This document shows, piece after piece, positions 14,342 to 26,500 of a DNA stretch of 64,000 nt (its first letter is position 1; each line of letters opens with the position of its first letter). This stretch comes from Takakia lepidozioides (lineage: Eukaryota; Plantae; Bryophyta). The DNA is taken from positions 45,942,001 to 46,006,000 of the forward strand of contig CM060731.1 in the NCBI GenBank assembly GCA_030704615.1, written 5' to 3'. Below the pieces are notes generated by a model. It saw only the letters and a list, made by a program, of their open reading frames with translations. It did no database searches and was not told the DNA's origin. Position numbers and translations under genes: made by a program.

Positions 14342-14793
14342 GACAACAAACCAGCTGCTACATCTTGAGCACCGCATGTAGAATGTGGGGAGGAACAATC
14401 GGGTTCATCTCAGTCGTTTCCACGGAGGCGACACAGCGATCTTCTCCCGGATTGAGGCGGATCGAGGAATTTCCAAGTATGAATTCCTGCGAGGTAGTCG
14501 GAGGTCGCATTGTGATGTATGATCTGAACACATCCTGCCGCCATGGATAGCTGGAAGTAATCTGAGGGGGAAAGTGAGAGAGAGAGAGGAGGAGAGAGCA
14601 CACGTTTATAAACGTTGGTTTGAATAGTGCGAGAGCAAACCTTTTGTTACCCAATCACATATTTAACTTGTAGTAAACGACCTATTCTTGGAAAACGGTA
14701 ACGACGGAAATCTGGGCTCCGGGCCCGAAGGCCATGCAAGGGAGCTCTGAGCTCTCTGCGCAAGATGTAGGCCAGCAGCTGGGCCTTGTTGTG

Positions 14794-17242
14794 ATGGGCT
14801 TGCAAAGGACAATCTGGACTGTGTGGTGCGCTCTAACTCCATCCCTGTTTCTGTAGTGTGAATCTGAACAGAAGGAGAAGTTTAGAACTTGTGAACGCTA
14901 AGCTGGTCCCTGCGAATACAGATCATTTCTATACAATCAGGCATTGATGATTTGGATGCTTATGATGCAGGGGGGTGGAGTTTCAAGTCTGGAATCAGAC
15001 TCAGTTGTTTGTTGGGCATCAGAGTGGGGGGACGGGTATGAGTCTTGCCACGTTTTCGAATGTAAGAAAGACAATAGCAGCGAAGGGAGGAAGAATCACC
15101 AAGGACAAGGATGGAACTAGTGGGGAGGTGAGCACAGTTGGTAAGGCGGGTCGAGTGAAGGAGGAAATTCTACTATTAGACCTGGTGCAGCAACGAGGCT
15201 TTTGGGCTTATTCCACTGTCTGTGCCCGTCTCTTACAGGGGTATGCAAAGACAAAGTCCCTTGCAGATGGCAAGGCTGTCCATGCCCACATCATCAAAAG
15301 TGGATATGAGCCGAACATCTTTCTGGGAAACACCCTTCTGAGCATGTATGGCAAGTGCGGAAGTGTCGTGGATGCACGGCAAATTTTTCACAAAATGCCT
15401 GAACGAAATGTGATCTCATGGACTGCGATGATTGCTGGACTAGCTCAGGAAGGGCATGGGAAGGAGGCTTTCGAACTATTTGAGCAAATGCAACGAGAGG
15501 GTGTGAAGGCAGACAGGGTCACTTTCCTGAGCATCCTGAACGCATGTGCGGGCCCAGGAGCTCTGGAACAGGGCCAGCGGCTCCATGCGGGCATCATTGA
15601 AGCTGGATTGGAGTCAGATGACAAAGTGAGAAATGCCCTTGTGAGCATGTATTGCAAGTGCGGAAGTTTGGTGGATGCCCGCCAAATGTTTGAAAAATCG
15701 CCTAAGCGAGATGTGATCTCATGGAATGCTATGATTGCAGGATTAGCTCAGCAAGGACATAATGCACAGGCATTTGAACTCTTTTGGCAAATGCAAAAAG
15801 AAGGCGTAAAGTCAGACAAAGTCACTTTCATGAGCATCCTGAACGCATGCGCCAGCCCAGTACATCTGGAACAGGGCAAGCGTGTCCATGAGGACATCAT
15901 CGAAGCTGGATTGTTGTCAGATATCCGAGTGGCGACTGCCCTTTTCAGCATGTATTGCAAGTGCGGGAATGTGGTGGATGCCCGCCAACTGTTTGACAAG
16001 ATGCCTGCGCGAGATGTGATATCATGGAATGCTATGATAGAAGGATTAGCTCAGCAAGGGCGTGAAGAAGAGGCAATTCATGTCTTTCGGCAAATGGAAC
16101 AAGAAGGTATAGAACCTAACAGGGTTACTTACATTAGCATCATCAATGCATGTGCCAGCCAAGCAGTCCTGGAAGAGAGCAAGTGGATCCACACCCTTAT
16201 TATCAGATCTGGATTAGAGTCAGATGTTCGGGTTTGCAATGCCCTTGTCGACATGTATGCCAAGTGTGGGAGATTAAGCGATGCAAGACTAGTGTTCGAC
16301 AGAACTCTCCAACGAGACGCAGTCTCTTGGAATGCGATGATTGTAGGATATGCTCAGAATGGGTGTGGAAAGGAAGCCCTCCAACTCTTTGAACGGATGC
16401 AAAGAGAAGGGGTGAAACCCACCACTGTCACATTCACTGGTGTTCTCTCTGCGTGCAGCCACATGGGCCTCATGGATGAGGGCCATCATTGCTTCCTCTC
16501 TATGAGTCGGGATCATGGCATCACACCAACAGGTGTGCACTATGGCTGCATGGTTGACCTTCTTGGCCGTGGAGGGTTCTTGGCTGAGGCAGAGGACTTC
16601 ATCAACAAGATGCCATTCAAACCAGGAGGGTCAGTCTGGGGGGCCTTACTAGGTGCATGCAGGATCCATGGCAATGTGGAGGTAGCCGAACATGCTGCAG
16701 AAAGTATGCTCAAGCTGGAACCACAAAACCCTGCAGTGTATGTGCTGCTTTCAAACATCTATGCTGTGGCTGGCAGGTGGGATGATCTGGCAAAAGTGAG
16801 AAAAGCAATGAAGGATAGAGGCGTGAAGAAGGAGCCGGGGTGCAGCAGGATTATGATCCAGAATAGGATACATACATTTATTGTAGAAGATAGATCCCAT
16901 CCACAAATAGAGGAGATATATTCTGAGTTGGAGAGATTGGGTAGGCAGATGAAGGAGGCAGGATACGTGCCTGACACACACTTTGTATTGCAGAATGTTG
17001 ATAAGCCATCCAAGGAACAGGCTCTTTGCCACCACAGTGAAAAGCTAGCCATTGCTTTTGGACTTATCACCACTGCCCCCGGGATACCGTTACACATAGT
17101 CAAGAACCTTAGAATATGTGGAGATTGCCACACAGCTGCTAAGTTCATCTCCAAGATTGTTGGGCGAGAAATTGTTGCAAGGGATACCAACCGCTTTCAT
17201 CACTTCAAACATGGGGTGTGTTCTTGTGGGGACTATTGGTGA
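14794..17242 (+). CDS. Intact PLS-E-DYW PPR C-to-U organellar RNA editing factor (PPR-3), ~767 aa; exons 14794-14825 and 14971-17242
   Basis: 14 PLS motifs, E1/E2, KKEPGCS, HSEKLA, CGDCH, terminal DYW. GT-AG intron 14826-14970 supplies an in-frame ATG (MGLQRTIWTVW-GVEFQ). Confidence 0.93.
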
Positions 17243-17494
17243 CGATGAATCCTTGAAGTTGTTGGGTCTTCAGATAGTCTTGGATTGTTTCTGAATCTTC
17301 TCTACCAGGGTCTACAGTGTGATGACAGGATAAAAGATGCACACTTGTAGATACACTTGTTGTTAAGGTTGACCCAGTTCTCTTTGTTGGAATGTTGCTT
17401 ACCTGGGAGGAACTTCCTGATCCCACATGTGTCTTTCCCAAGCCCATCACATATTGCAGACCTCCTTGCATTGCCTTGTGTGAAGATTTCCATA

Positions 17495-18480
17495 GTTACC
17501 GTTTTCCAAGAATAGGTCGTTTACTACAAGTTAAATATGTGATTGGGTAACGAAATGTTTGCTGTCGAACTATTCAAACCAACGTTTATAAACGTGCTCT
17601 CTCTCCTCCACTCTCTCTCTCTCTCACTTTCCCCCCTCAGATTGCTTCCAGCTATCCATGGCGGCAGGATGTGTTCAGATCATACATCACAATGCGACCT
17701 CCGACTACCTCGCAGGAATGCGTACTTGCCAATTCTTCGATCCGCCTCAATCCGGGAGAAGATCGCTGTGTCGCCTCCGTGGAAATGACTGAGATGAAGC
17801 CGATTGTTCCTCCCCATATTCTACGTGCGGTGCTCGAGATGTAGCAGCGTTTGTTGTCATGGTCTTTGAAACAAAGCTTCGGATTTTCCGGTATGTTGTA
17901 TTTTGATCACTCTTGTTGGATGTTGTGAAGCTAATAAATCTAGAATCCGTCCTTGTGAAACGCGTAATTGACAGCTTCTCCCCAGTCGGTTCAGCAGAGG
18001 CCAGACGATTAGGCATTGATCTTTTCAATAATTATCGTGCAGCGCGGTGGGGTTTTCATTTTGTCAACAGACGCATTTGTTTGTTGGGAGTCGTAATGGG
18101 GCCCAGTTTATGAGTCTTGGCACTTCCCAAATCTCCGATGGAGCGGGGAAAACAACACCAAATTCTGAACAGAGCAAACAGGACATCTGTAGAACTAACG
18201 GGGATGTGCGCACATTATTCAAGGGCTCACGTTTGCAGGAGGCAGTGCAGCTTTTGGACGTGATGGAGCAACGAGGCTTCTGGGCGTATTCCGAAACCTG
18301 TGCTCGCCTCTTGCAGGGGTGTGCAAAGAAGAAAGCCCTGGCAGATGGCAAGGTTGGCCATGCCCACATCATCAAAAGTGGATTTGAGTCAAACGTCTTC
18401 TTAGGAAACAACCTTGTCAGCATGTATTGTAAGTGCGGAAGGGTGGAGGATGCGCGCCAAGTGTTTGACAAAATGCCCAC
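17495..18480 (+). repeat. Inverted duplicate of ~13730-14702 (promoter and 5' end of PPR-2)
   Basis: Near-identical reverse complement, e.g. GTTACCGTTTTCCAAGAATAGGTCGTTTACTACAAG, and the same N-terminal peptide. Confidence 0.92.
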
Positions 18481-20313
18481 ACGAAATGTTGTCTCATGGA
18501 CTGCGTTGATAGCAGGGCTAGCTAAGCAAGGGCATTGTGAAGAGGCCTTTCAATTCTTTGGGAAAATGCAGCGTGAAGGGTTTAAGGCAGACAAGGTCAC
18601 TTTCCTGAGCATCCTGAATGCATGGGCCACCCCCAAATACCTGGAAGAAGGCATGCGGATCCATGGGGGAATCATAAAAGCCGGATTGGAGTCAGACATC
18701 CTGTGGGGAGCCCTGTCAGCAGTATTAAAGGCGAGTGGGGATGTCGTGCAAGCGCGGAGAGTGTTTGACCAGATGCCCAAGCGAGATGTAATCTAATGGA
18801 ATGCGATGATTGCAGGATTAGCTCAGCACAGGCATGGTCAAGAGGCAGTTGAGCTTTTTCAGCAAATGCAGGCAGGGAAGGCTTGCAGGCAGACAGGGTC
18901 CCTTTTATGAGCATCCTAAACGCTTGTGACAGCCCAGTAAATTTGGAACAGGGAAAACAGCTCCATGCGAGTATTATTAGAGCTGGAGTGGAGTCAGATG
19001 TTCAAGTGGCGACAGCCCTTGTCAGCATGTACTGGAAGTGCGGGAATGTGGAGGATTCGAGCAGAGTGTTTGACAATATGCCTAAACGGGATGTGATCTC
19101 ATGGAATGCAATGATTGCAGGATTGGCTCAGCAAGGGCACTGTGAAGTGGCATATCAACTATTTCAGCAAATGCAACAAGAAGGTGTGAAGGCAGATTCG
19201 GTCAAGTTAACGAGCATCCTCAATGCATGTGCGCGCCTAGCAGCCCTGGAAGATGGTAAGTGGGTCCATGCCCTCATCATCAAATCTGGATTGGAAGCAG
19301 ATGTCCGAGGGTCTGATGCCCTTCTTGACATGTATGGCAAGTGTGGGAATGTGGGAGACGCACGTCAAGTGTTTGACAGAATTGTCAAACGCGATGTGGT
19401 TTCTTGGAATGCAATGATTATAGGATATGCTCAGCATGGACATGGTAAGGAGGCCCTCCTACTCTTTGATCAAATGAAACAAGAAGGGATGGAACCAGAC
19501 GACGTAACTTTCATTGGTGTGCTCTCTGCATGCAGCCATGTGGGCCTTCGGGGACAAAGGTCATCATTACTGTTTCTCTATGAGTCATAATCAGTATTTG
19601 CCAACAGGAATGCACTATGGCTGCATGGTTGATCTCCTGGGCCGTGCAGGGCGCTGGGATGAGGCAGAGCGTTTTATTAATGAAATGCCATTTAAAACTG
19701 ATGCCTCGATATGGAGGTAATTTGCTTGTGCCTGCAGAATCCATGGCAATGCGGAGGTAGCAGAGCGGGGCTTGAATGTATTCTGAAGTTGGAGCCTGAG
19801 AATGTTTCAGTTTATGTTCTCTCTCACACTCTATGCTACGGCTGGGAGGTGGGATGATGTGGCAAAGGTGAGAAAAAGGATGAAGGACAGCAGTGTGAAG
19901 AAGGAGCAGGGTTGCAGCTGGATTGCGGTCCAGAACACGGTACATTCAATTGGCGTACAAGATAGATCACACCCACAAACAGAGGACATCTATGCTGAGT
20001 TGGAGAGAGTGGGTAGGCAGATGAAGGCGGCGGGATATGTGCCGGACACACGCTTTGTGCTGCATGATGTCCCTCAACAGGCGAAGGAACAGGCTCTCTG
20101 CTATCACAGCGACAAGCTGGCCATTGCTTTTGGGCTCATCAGCACACCCCCTGGTACCACAATCGCATAATTAAAAACCTTAGGGTATGCGGTGATTGCC
20201 ACACTGCCAGCAAGTTAGCTCCCCGGATTGTTGGTCGAGAGATTATTGCAAGGGATGCCAACCGCTTTCATCACTTCCAGAATGGGGTGTGTTCTTGTGG
20301 GGATTATTGGTGA
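17859..20313 (+). pseudogene. PLS-E-DYW PPR pseudogene (PPR-4)
   Basis: Micro-exon 17859-17890, intron to 18042, PLS repeats, HSDKLA, CGDCH, CSCGDYW; stop at 18794 and several frameshifts. Confidence 0.9.
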
Positions 20314-20914
20314 TCATGAGTATAAGAGCAAAAAATTAGTTATTTGGTGCCTCCCAAGCTTCCCTACTAGTTCCTTCATGTAAAAGGCTCCTCTTAGGGT
20401 GGATCATGGGGATGAATATGTTCGATCCTCCGGCAAATGGTCATGGTGCGGGAAGTATTCACATGCATTGTTATGTGGGTACTTAAGAATGAAAGGCCCT
20501 TTTCTGAAAGGATGACATAAACTGCCATTGCAGCTTTCACCTTCCCCTCCGTTCAAGAAGCTCAACTAGGCGACATCTGGATTGTGGATGTCTACTTACA
20601 TTATATTGCTTCAATGATAAAGAACTTTCCCGAGGATAGGGGGAAGGTCGGGATCAGATTCATTGTTACAGGTAAGTTGCAAGTGAGAACTCCATGATGG
20701 CAGCAGTGGCCCCATTCTGCTTTTCCATCCAATCCCTCCCTCTCCCATGCTTTCTGCTCCACTGGCAAAATTTCTAGGGAATGTGAGGTAGGAAGGGATG
20801 TTGTAATGCACATCTCCTTCTCCCTCTCTCATGCTATGCAATCACACTCGAGCAGGTGGGCCAGTGGTTGGTAGTTTGTGCCTGGCCTGTGCATAACCTA
20901 GGTGATCTAGGGTG

Positions 20915-20993
20915 TAAGGTGTCCACCTTTCAAGGGAAGGCAGTAGTCCCTGGGTATGAAGAGATAATTTATGCTTCCTTCAGGGAGGTGTCA
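20915..20993 (+). mobile_element. Diverged body fragment of the SINE at 22568-22756
   Basis: AAGGTGTCCACCTT...GAAGAGA...TAATTTA(T/C)GCTTCCTTC(A/G)GGGAGG shared with the reverse complement of ~22595-22677. Confidence 0.6.
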
Positions 20994-21970
20994 TCCGTCC
21001 TTCGTTGCTATGCAATCATGAATGGTGTGCAAGTACTATTTATTTCCGCCCGGGGTGTGTACGGATCCTCTTTCAGTAAACCATCCACAACTCGTTTCTG
21101 CAGGCCAACAAACAACTGAGTGCTAAAGGCAGCGCCCAATAGTATGGCCGCAAGGTACCAGTGAGAGAAAATTCATATAAAAATTTTAACCACCATTTTC
21201 ATGGGCGATTATCTCCTGCAGGTCTTTGTGATGGCTACACCAGTCTCCAAATGGTATCTCAAAGGGCCACCCTTGAGGCCGGGATCACAGATGATTTTGC
21301 TGAAAATACTTTCTTGCCTACTTTGCTCTTAAGATTGGCCTTGGAAACAGTTCAATAAATTCTGCATCTGGCCTACTATGGATTCCAGTGTTATTGAATA
21401 GGACTTCTTGCAAGCCTCAGGACAAAGGTCAGCATGCTGACCAAACAGACCATCCGAAAGTATTTGTCAAATAAAAGTATTAAATATGTATGTATATATA
21501 TATGTATCAATGTATTAAGCAAGGTTGCACGCCCGCATTAAGTTCTTACATTATTCCTATTATCTTCCTTATAAAGGAACGAAATTCTTTGGATGAACAA
21601 TTTTATGCATGCGGGAGGGGTTTTGCTGAGTAGGGCATGGTTTGCATGTATTCCATGCATTTTGTTTCCGAACGTTGAACAATAATTTGAAATCTCAATA
21701 AATTAAAAAAAACTAATAAGCTATTAAACATATAAGGGTATGTTTTATATTTTCTCAAATTTGTCAAGCTATGGCAACTGCAAAGAAAGAAAGAAAGACT
21801 AGAGAAGGAAGGAAGTATATCATGTCTGGAGAGAGCCCAGAGGATCCATGTGACCATGCAAATTTTGGAGGGTTGGTTACCGGAGGGAAGAACAAAAGGC
21901 ACACAACCAATTTTCACATGGTTCATTTCTTCATAGCTTGTTCCAATGTTTTTGTTTTGTTGGCTCTGTC

Positions 21971-22139
21971 CCGCAAGGGATAGAGGCATTGTGGAGACTT
22001 CTTGCCTAGGCGGAGAACTAGGCTTATTCATTAAGCCTAGAGAGAGAGCCCCTAGTCATTATAGGGTTGGACCCGCAAGGGATAGAGGCATTGTGGAGAC
22101 ATCTTTAGGGAGAGAACTAGGCTTATCCATTAAGCCTAG
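21971..22139. repeat. Two-copy direct repeat (~70-bp unit, ~101-bp period)
   Basis: CCCGCAAGGGATAGAGGCATTGTGGAGAC...CATTAAGCCTAG at 21971 and 22072. Confidence 0.85.
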
Positions 22140-22567
22140 TCTATGGAGGGTTGATGGGAATGATTCATGAAGCCCTAGAAAAAGTATTAAACAACAACCA
22201 CAAAATCACCAAAGGACAGAGCCTCTTGTGGCGGAGATGCTTGTTTTGTTTTCACAATGTACGTTAAGGGTTAACGGCCACTAGGCCCATCTTGGATATT
22301 GGTGTGCACGTAATCGGACCTCCTGAATTGCATGTTGCATATGAGGGGATGCAATTTTTGTGCCTTTGACGTAGACCATGTGTGTTGGATCCGGTGCTGT
22401 CCTGAGAAGCCAATCTAGCAAACGGAGAGGAAGCCCAACATTTCCTTTGGTTCTCCAACACGAGCCATCTCTCTGGAGGTCACTCCCTACATGCAAAAAG
22501 GAGAGGTAAAGTTGAAAAGAAAACTGCACATCCAACTGTTTTGCACATATTTCCCAGTTCTCCTGCA

Positions 22568-22756
22568 CAATTTAATATTTAATATTTAATATTTGATGCC
22601 TCCCGAAGGAAGCGTAAATTATGGTGTCTCTTCACCCCGAAGGGTTGCTGCCTTCTGCTAGGAAGGTGGACACCTTTGTGACACCAGGGGTGGATTGAAC
22701 CCACAACCACTTCCGAGGTGGTATGTGCCCATTACCACTGGGCTACAACTTGGTTG
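22568..22756 (-). mobile_element. tRNA-derived SINE
   Basis: Minus strand: A box TAGCCCAGTGG, B box GGTTCAATCC, non-tRNA body, (AATATTA)n tail; second body copy near 20915. Confidence 0.7.
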
Positions 22757-23599
22757 TCTCTCATGCGGCCATTCTATGGACATGTTTTCTGGACTAGGGC
22801 TTCGCGTTGCTCCACACTACTAGCGACGACTTCTGAGAACAACGTCCAGATAGACGGGCTATATTCAAGTTTTATGAACATATGAACATTTTTTGGCTGT
22901 CTTGTAGAGAGACTACGCATCATGCTAAAATCAACGGAGAAAATATGGTCAAAGGACCTTACACTGTGTCAAGCCTCCGATTGTTATGGTGTGCTGAATT
23001 ATGCTCCCTAGTTTTCCCTTCCTCTTATGCCAAAGCAAGAGAGCCCATTGCAATTTGAGGATTGTTTCATTTGATATTAATTTGACGGGTGTAATGACTC
23101 TGGCTCGTTTCGATACAACAAGTAGATTTTGTTTATAACTATTGTTTATATGATATATTTTTCATCTTTATTTTCCTTAGTTTAGATTTCAAATTGTTGA
23201 ATAGGGTCGAAAGGGAGGCGCGATGGCGGAGCTGCGAGACAACCTCCAACGGTCATCAGAAAACTTCTTCCATCTCTATCAGTTCCTATCGACTTCCTGC
23301 TTACTTTACTTACATCAAATAGCAAATACTCCCAAGCTTAGCTTTCTAATGATATGCACATTACAAGTTTTTGTTTGGTTCTCTTTCAATACTTTCTTCT
23401 ACAGTGTTCATCCTAACATCTTGCTTCATTTCATCTCCATCTTGGCTACCTGCATCATCCCTAATCCTCCCACCACAGCCGTCTTTAGCTTCTAAGCTGT
23501 TCGCTTTCTACAGTGACGTTTCCCGCCTATACCCCCCTCCTCCACTTTTTCCGCCAACCCCTCTCTTAAGCTCCATATCCCTCACAACCAGCGGAGTCC

Positions 23600-26500
23600 T
23601 TAAAACACCTTCCGTTTTGTTAATTATGGCTCCCGGAAGCAACCAGCTGCGTAACAATGAGAAGATGGCGATTCGTGGGAACATCAGAGGGCAGCAGAGT
23701 CAGCACAGAAGACCCACCCCATTACGGGCTTTTTTATGGCACACCAAGCTCGATCCAGGATAGCTTCTGCCAGTGGTTCAGTAAGACATCCCTCCCCTCC
23801 CATTCCCACCAACCCTCTCTCCCCTCCCCAACCACTTCTCAAAATGCCCAGGTTAAACTCCTTCCCAAAAGGAGTAACAGTTTGCAAATTCGAAACTAGG
23901 ATACCCTGTGTCGCGGCCCTTTGCCTTGAGGGCAGGGGGTCGGGACACAAGAAGGGCTGCCCCTGTGGTGGGGGCAGTGACAACAATAGATGCGAGGGCT
24001 GAAGCACCCTTGAGTGCCCAAGGCGCTCACTAGGTGGAGCCCCGCACACCGGGTTGCGATGGGGGTGGTTCCACGAGGGGTGGTGGTAGCTTAGTGGGTC
24101 TTAGTGGGGGTGGCATAAGACTCATGACCATGGGGCGGAGACCTTGTGGTGGGAGTCGTGGGGAGTCTTGGGACTCATCACGGTCCAATGGGGCCGTGGT
24201 GGGTGGGCCAAGACTCACCGCGACTCATCACCGGGAATCGAGGGTTTTCGTAGTGGTTCGCCATAAAATGGCATGGTTGTTTTGTGGAACCCCCGCGGAC
24301 AGTCACAGAAGTATATATAGGGAGTAGTAACCCCGGGAACGGTGCAAGCCCATTGGTGACCTAAAGCTGGTGAGTGAGCGAGCGAGCCGGAAAGCGACCA
24401 AGGAGTGGGGAGCTATTCCGGACTGCCATCTACCAAAGGGAATTTCCACTAGGCCCAAATTGGTGGAGGGTCTAGTAAATGGGTTTCAGTTGTTGGGAGC
24501 CCACTTGGACTCTGAAGTGGATGGGGAAAATTACAAAATGGAGGTTCAAAGGACAAGAGATTATATTAATGGCACCAGACGGACAGATCACTCTCACTCT
24601 TCCTCAGACTCCCAGGTGGAATCTTCTACGCAAGAGGGGAATCACAACATGATGGACTCGGTGAAAGGAGCCAAACAAGTATCCTCCCCAACAATCATTG
24701 ACACAACCCAAGCTAATTCGCTACCGAACTCTCAAGTGACTTCTCCACCCAAGGTCTTAACTCCCTCATCTCCACCTTCCCCAAACCAGGTACCATCCTC
24801 TCTCTCACCCTGTTTCATTTATCAGGTCTTATTTGGGAACCCTGCTAGACATTGGATGTTATGCGAGAAAGAGAATTACGTGGGGGGGGGAGCAGGCCAG
24901 ACATAGGCTACCAATGTTTGATTTGCCAGAAAACATACCCTCTGGAACTCTTCCATCCGATGGCTCAATCAGTGAGAGATACCCTGGTTTTAACGATCTT
25001 TTCAACGCGGTGTTCTTCCCGGCTGAAGCCTCGGTTTTATCTGTAACCATCTCCATAGTGTCTACAAAACAATTCCTTTCATCCCATAACCTACCCAAAA
25101 ACACAAAACCAAGAGGGGTTTTCATACTCATCCAGAACAAAACTCGAAAGCCCCCGGACAATTATATCTGAAAAAATTCCCTGCGAACAAGAGACAGTAG
25201 GGTTAAATTCTTCTACCACACTTCTAGGCTATTAAATGAGACTGTCAGCCTCAGCCTACCTCGACCTGCCAATGATCTTTAACCTTCATTCATGGAATAT
25301 AAGAGGGCTGGGAGCAGACCCAGCTTCTCTAAAAAGGCTGAAAATCAAAACCTGGCTGACTCCCTTCCTTGCAAATCATTCCATCATATTTTTGCAGAAG
25401 CATAAACTAGATCAAGGGAAAATAGATAGCCTCTCTGATTATCTATGGCCATTAGCTAACTCCTAATGGAAACCCACTTCCACGGGTACGAAAGGAGGTA
25501 CTGCAATACTTCTTTCACCTACCATTCAACCGTTCCTCACAACGTAGGACACCTGGCTCCCCAGAAGATTGCAATTTTGTGCCTTATCCCTACCCAACTC
25601 AACAGGTCCGATTGGGCTGGTGAATATCTATGCACCCAACAATTCTACTGACAGAGCAGAATTTTGGAACACTCTCAACACAAAAATGAGGGAACAACCT
25701 TCAATAGATAGTTGGATATCGTCCGAATATGGTGGAGATGCAAGAGGATAGAAGAGGCGCGGGGTTATTTACCTCAAACCTAGAAGAAATGGACCAGTGG
25801 CTCAACTGCATGCAAACACACAACCTCACAGATGCAGTGCCAATATTTGGACAGTCATCAAACATCACCTTTACTGGTCCAATAACCGTTCTCTTGTAGA
25901 TCTAAGTATGGCTCGTCTTGATAGGGCTTACCTTTCCCTTGACTTAGTTCAATATGCTAAGAGAGCCCCTCAAGAACCAATACCCTTATGCTTTGACCAT
26001 GCACCAATTACCCTCTCCATAACCCTACCAAACTCTTACAGAAGGGGTAGAGGCCTTTACAAAATAAATAACCTCATCCTTAAGCTGCCAAGCTTCAAGC
26101 AAGGCCTGCTAAGGGCTTACACTCAGGCGGGAAGTGACCTCCTGGACCCTACGCATCTCTTCCTAGCCAAGCTGAAGGCTGTCAATATTGAAAGTCAGAG
26201 GATGAGTCAGGAACTAGCAAGCATCAGAAAGAGGAAGGTCATGGCCTTAAACAAATGCCTCAAAGTCTGTCAATCGAAAATAGAATCCACTCGCTGTGAT
26301 GAAGACACATAACGTACATATGTCCAAGCCAGAAACAACCTTGACATTCATCACAAAATCCAGGAGAGGAAGTGGAAATTGCAAGCGGGTGTCAACTAGT
26401 CCACAAAAGGAGAAAAAATGAATAAATATTTTTTTGACAAAACAAGATTGAGACGTGCCTCTCAAACAATTTCTGAGCTCATTGAACAGCCATCAGGCAA

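Noticed and set aside
16800-17242. U-to-C (DYW:KP) type editing factor
   Set aside because: Has a PG box, HSE and terminal DYW, so it is the C-to-U type.
20340-21460. Possible exon fragments downstream of PPR-4
   Set aside because: No recognisable protein motif; cannot be supported without a database search.
22680-22756. Functional tRNA gene
   Set aside because: A and B boxes are present but there is no convincing cloverleaf; it continues into a repeated body and simple-repeat tail, i.e. a SINE.
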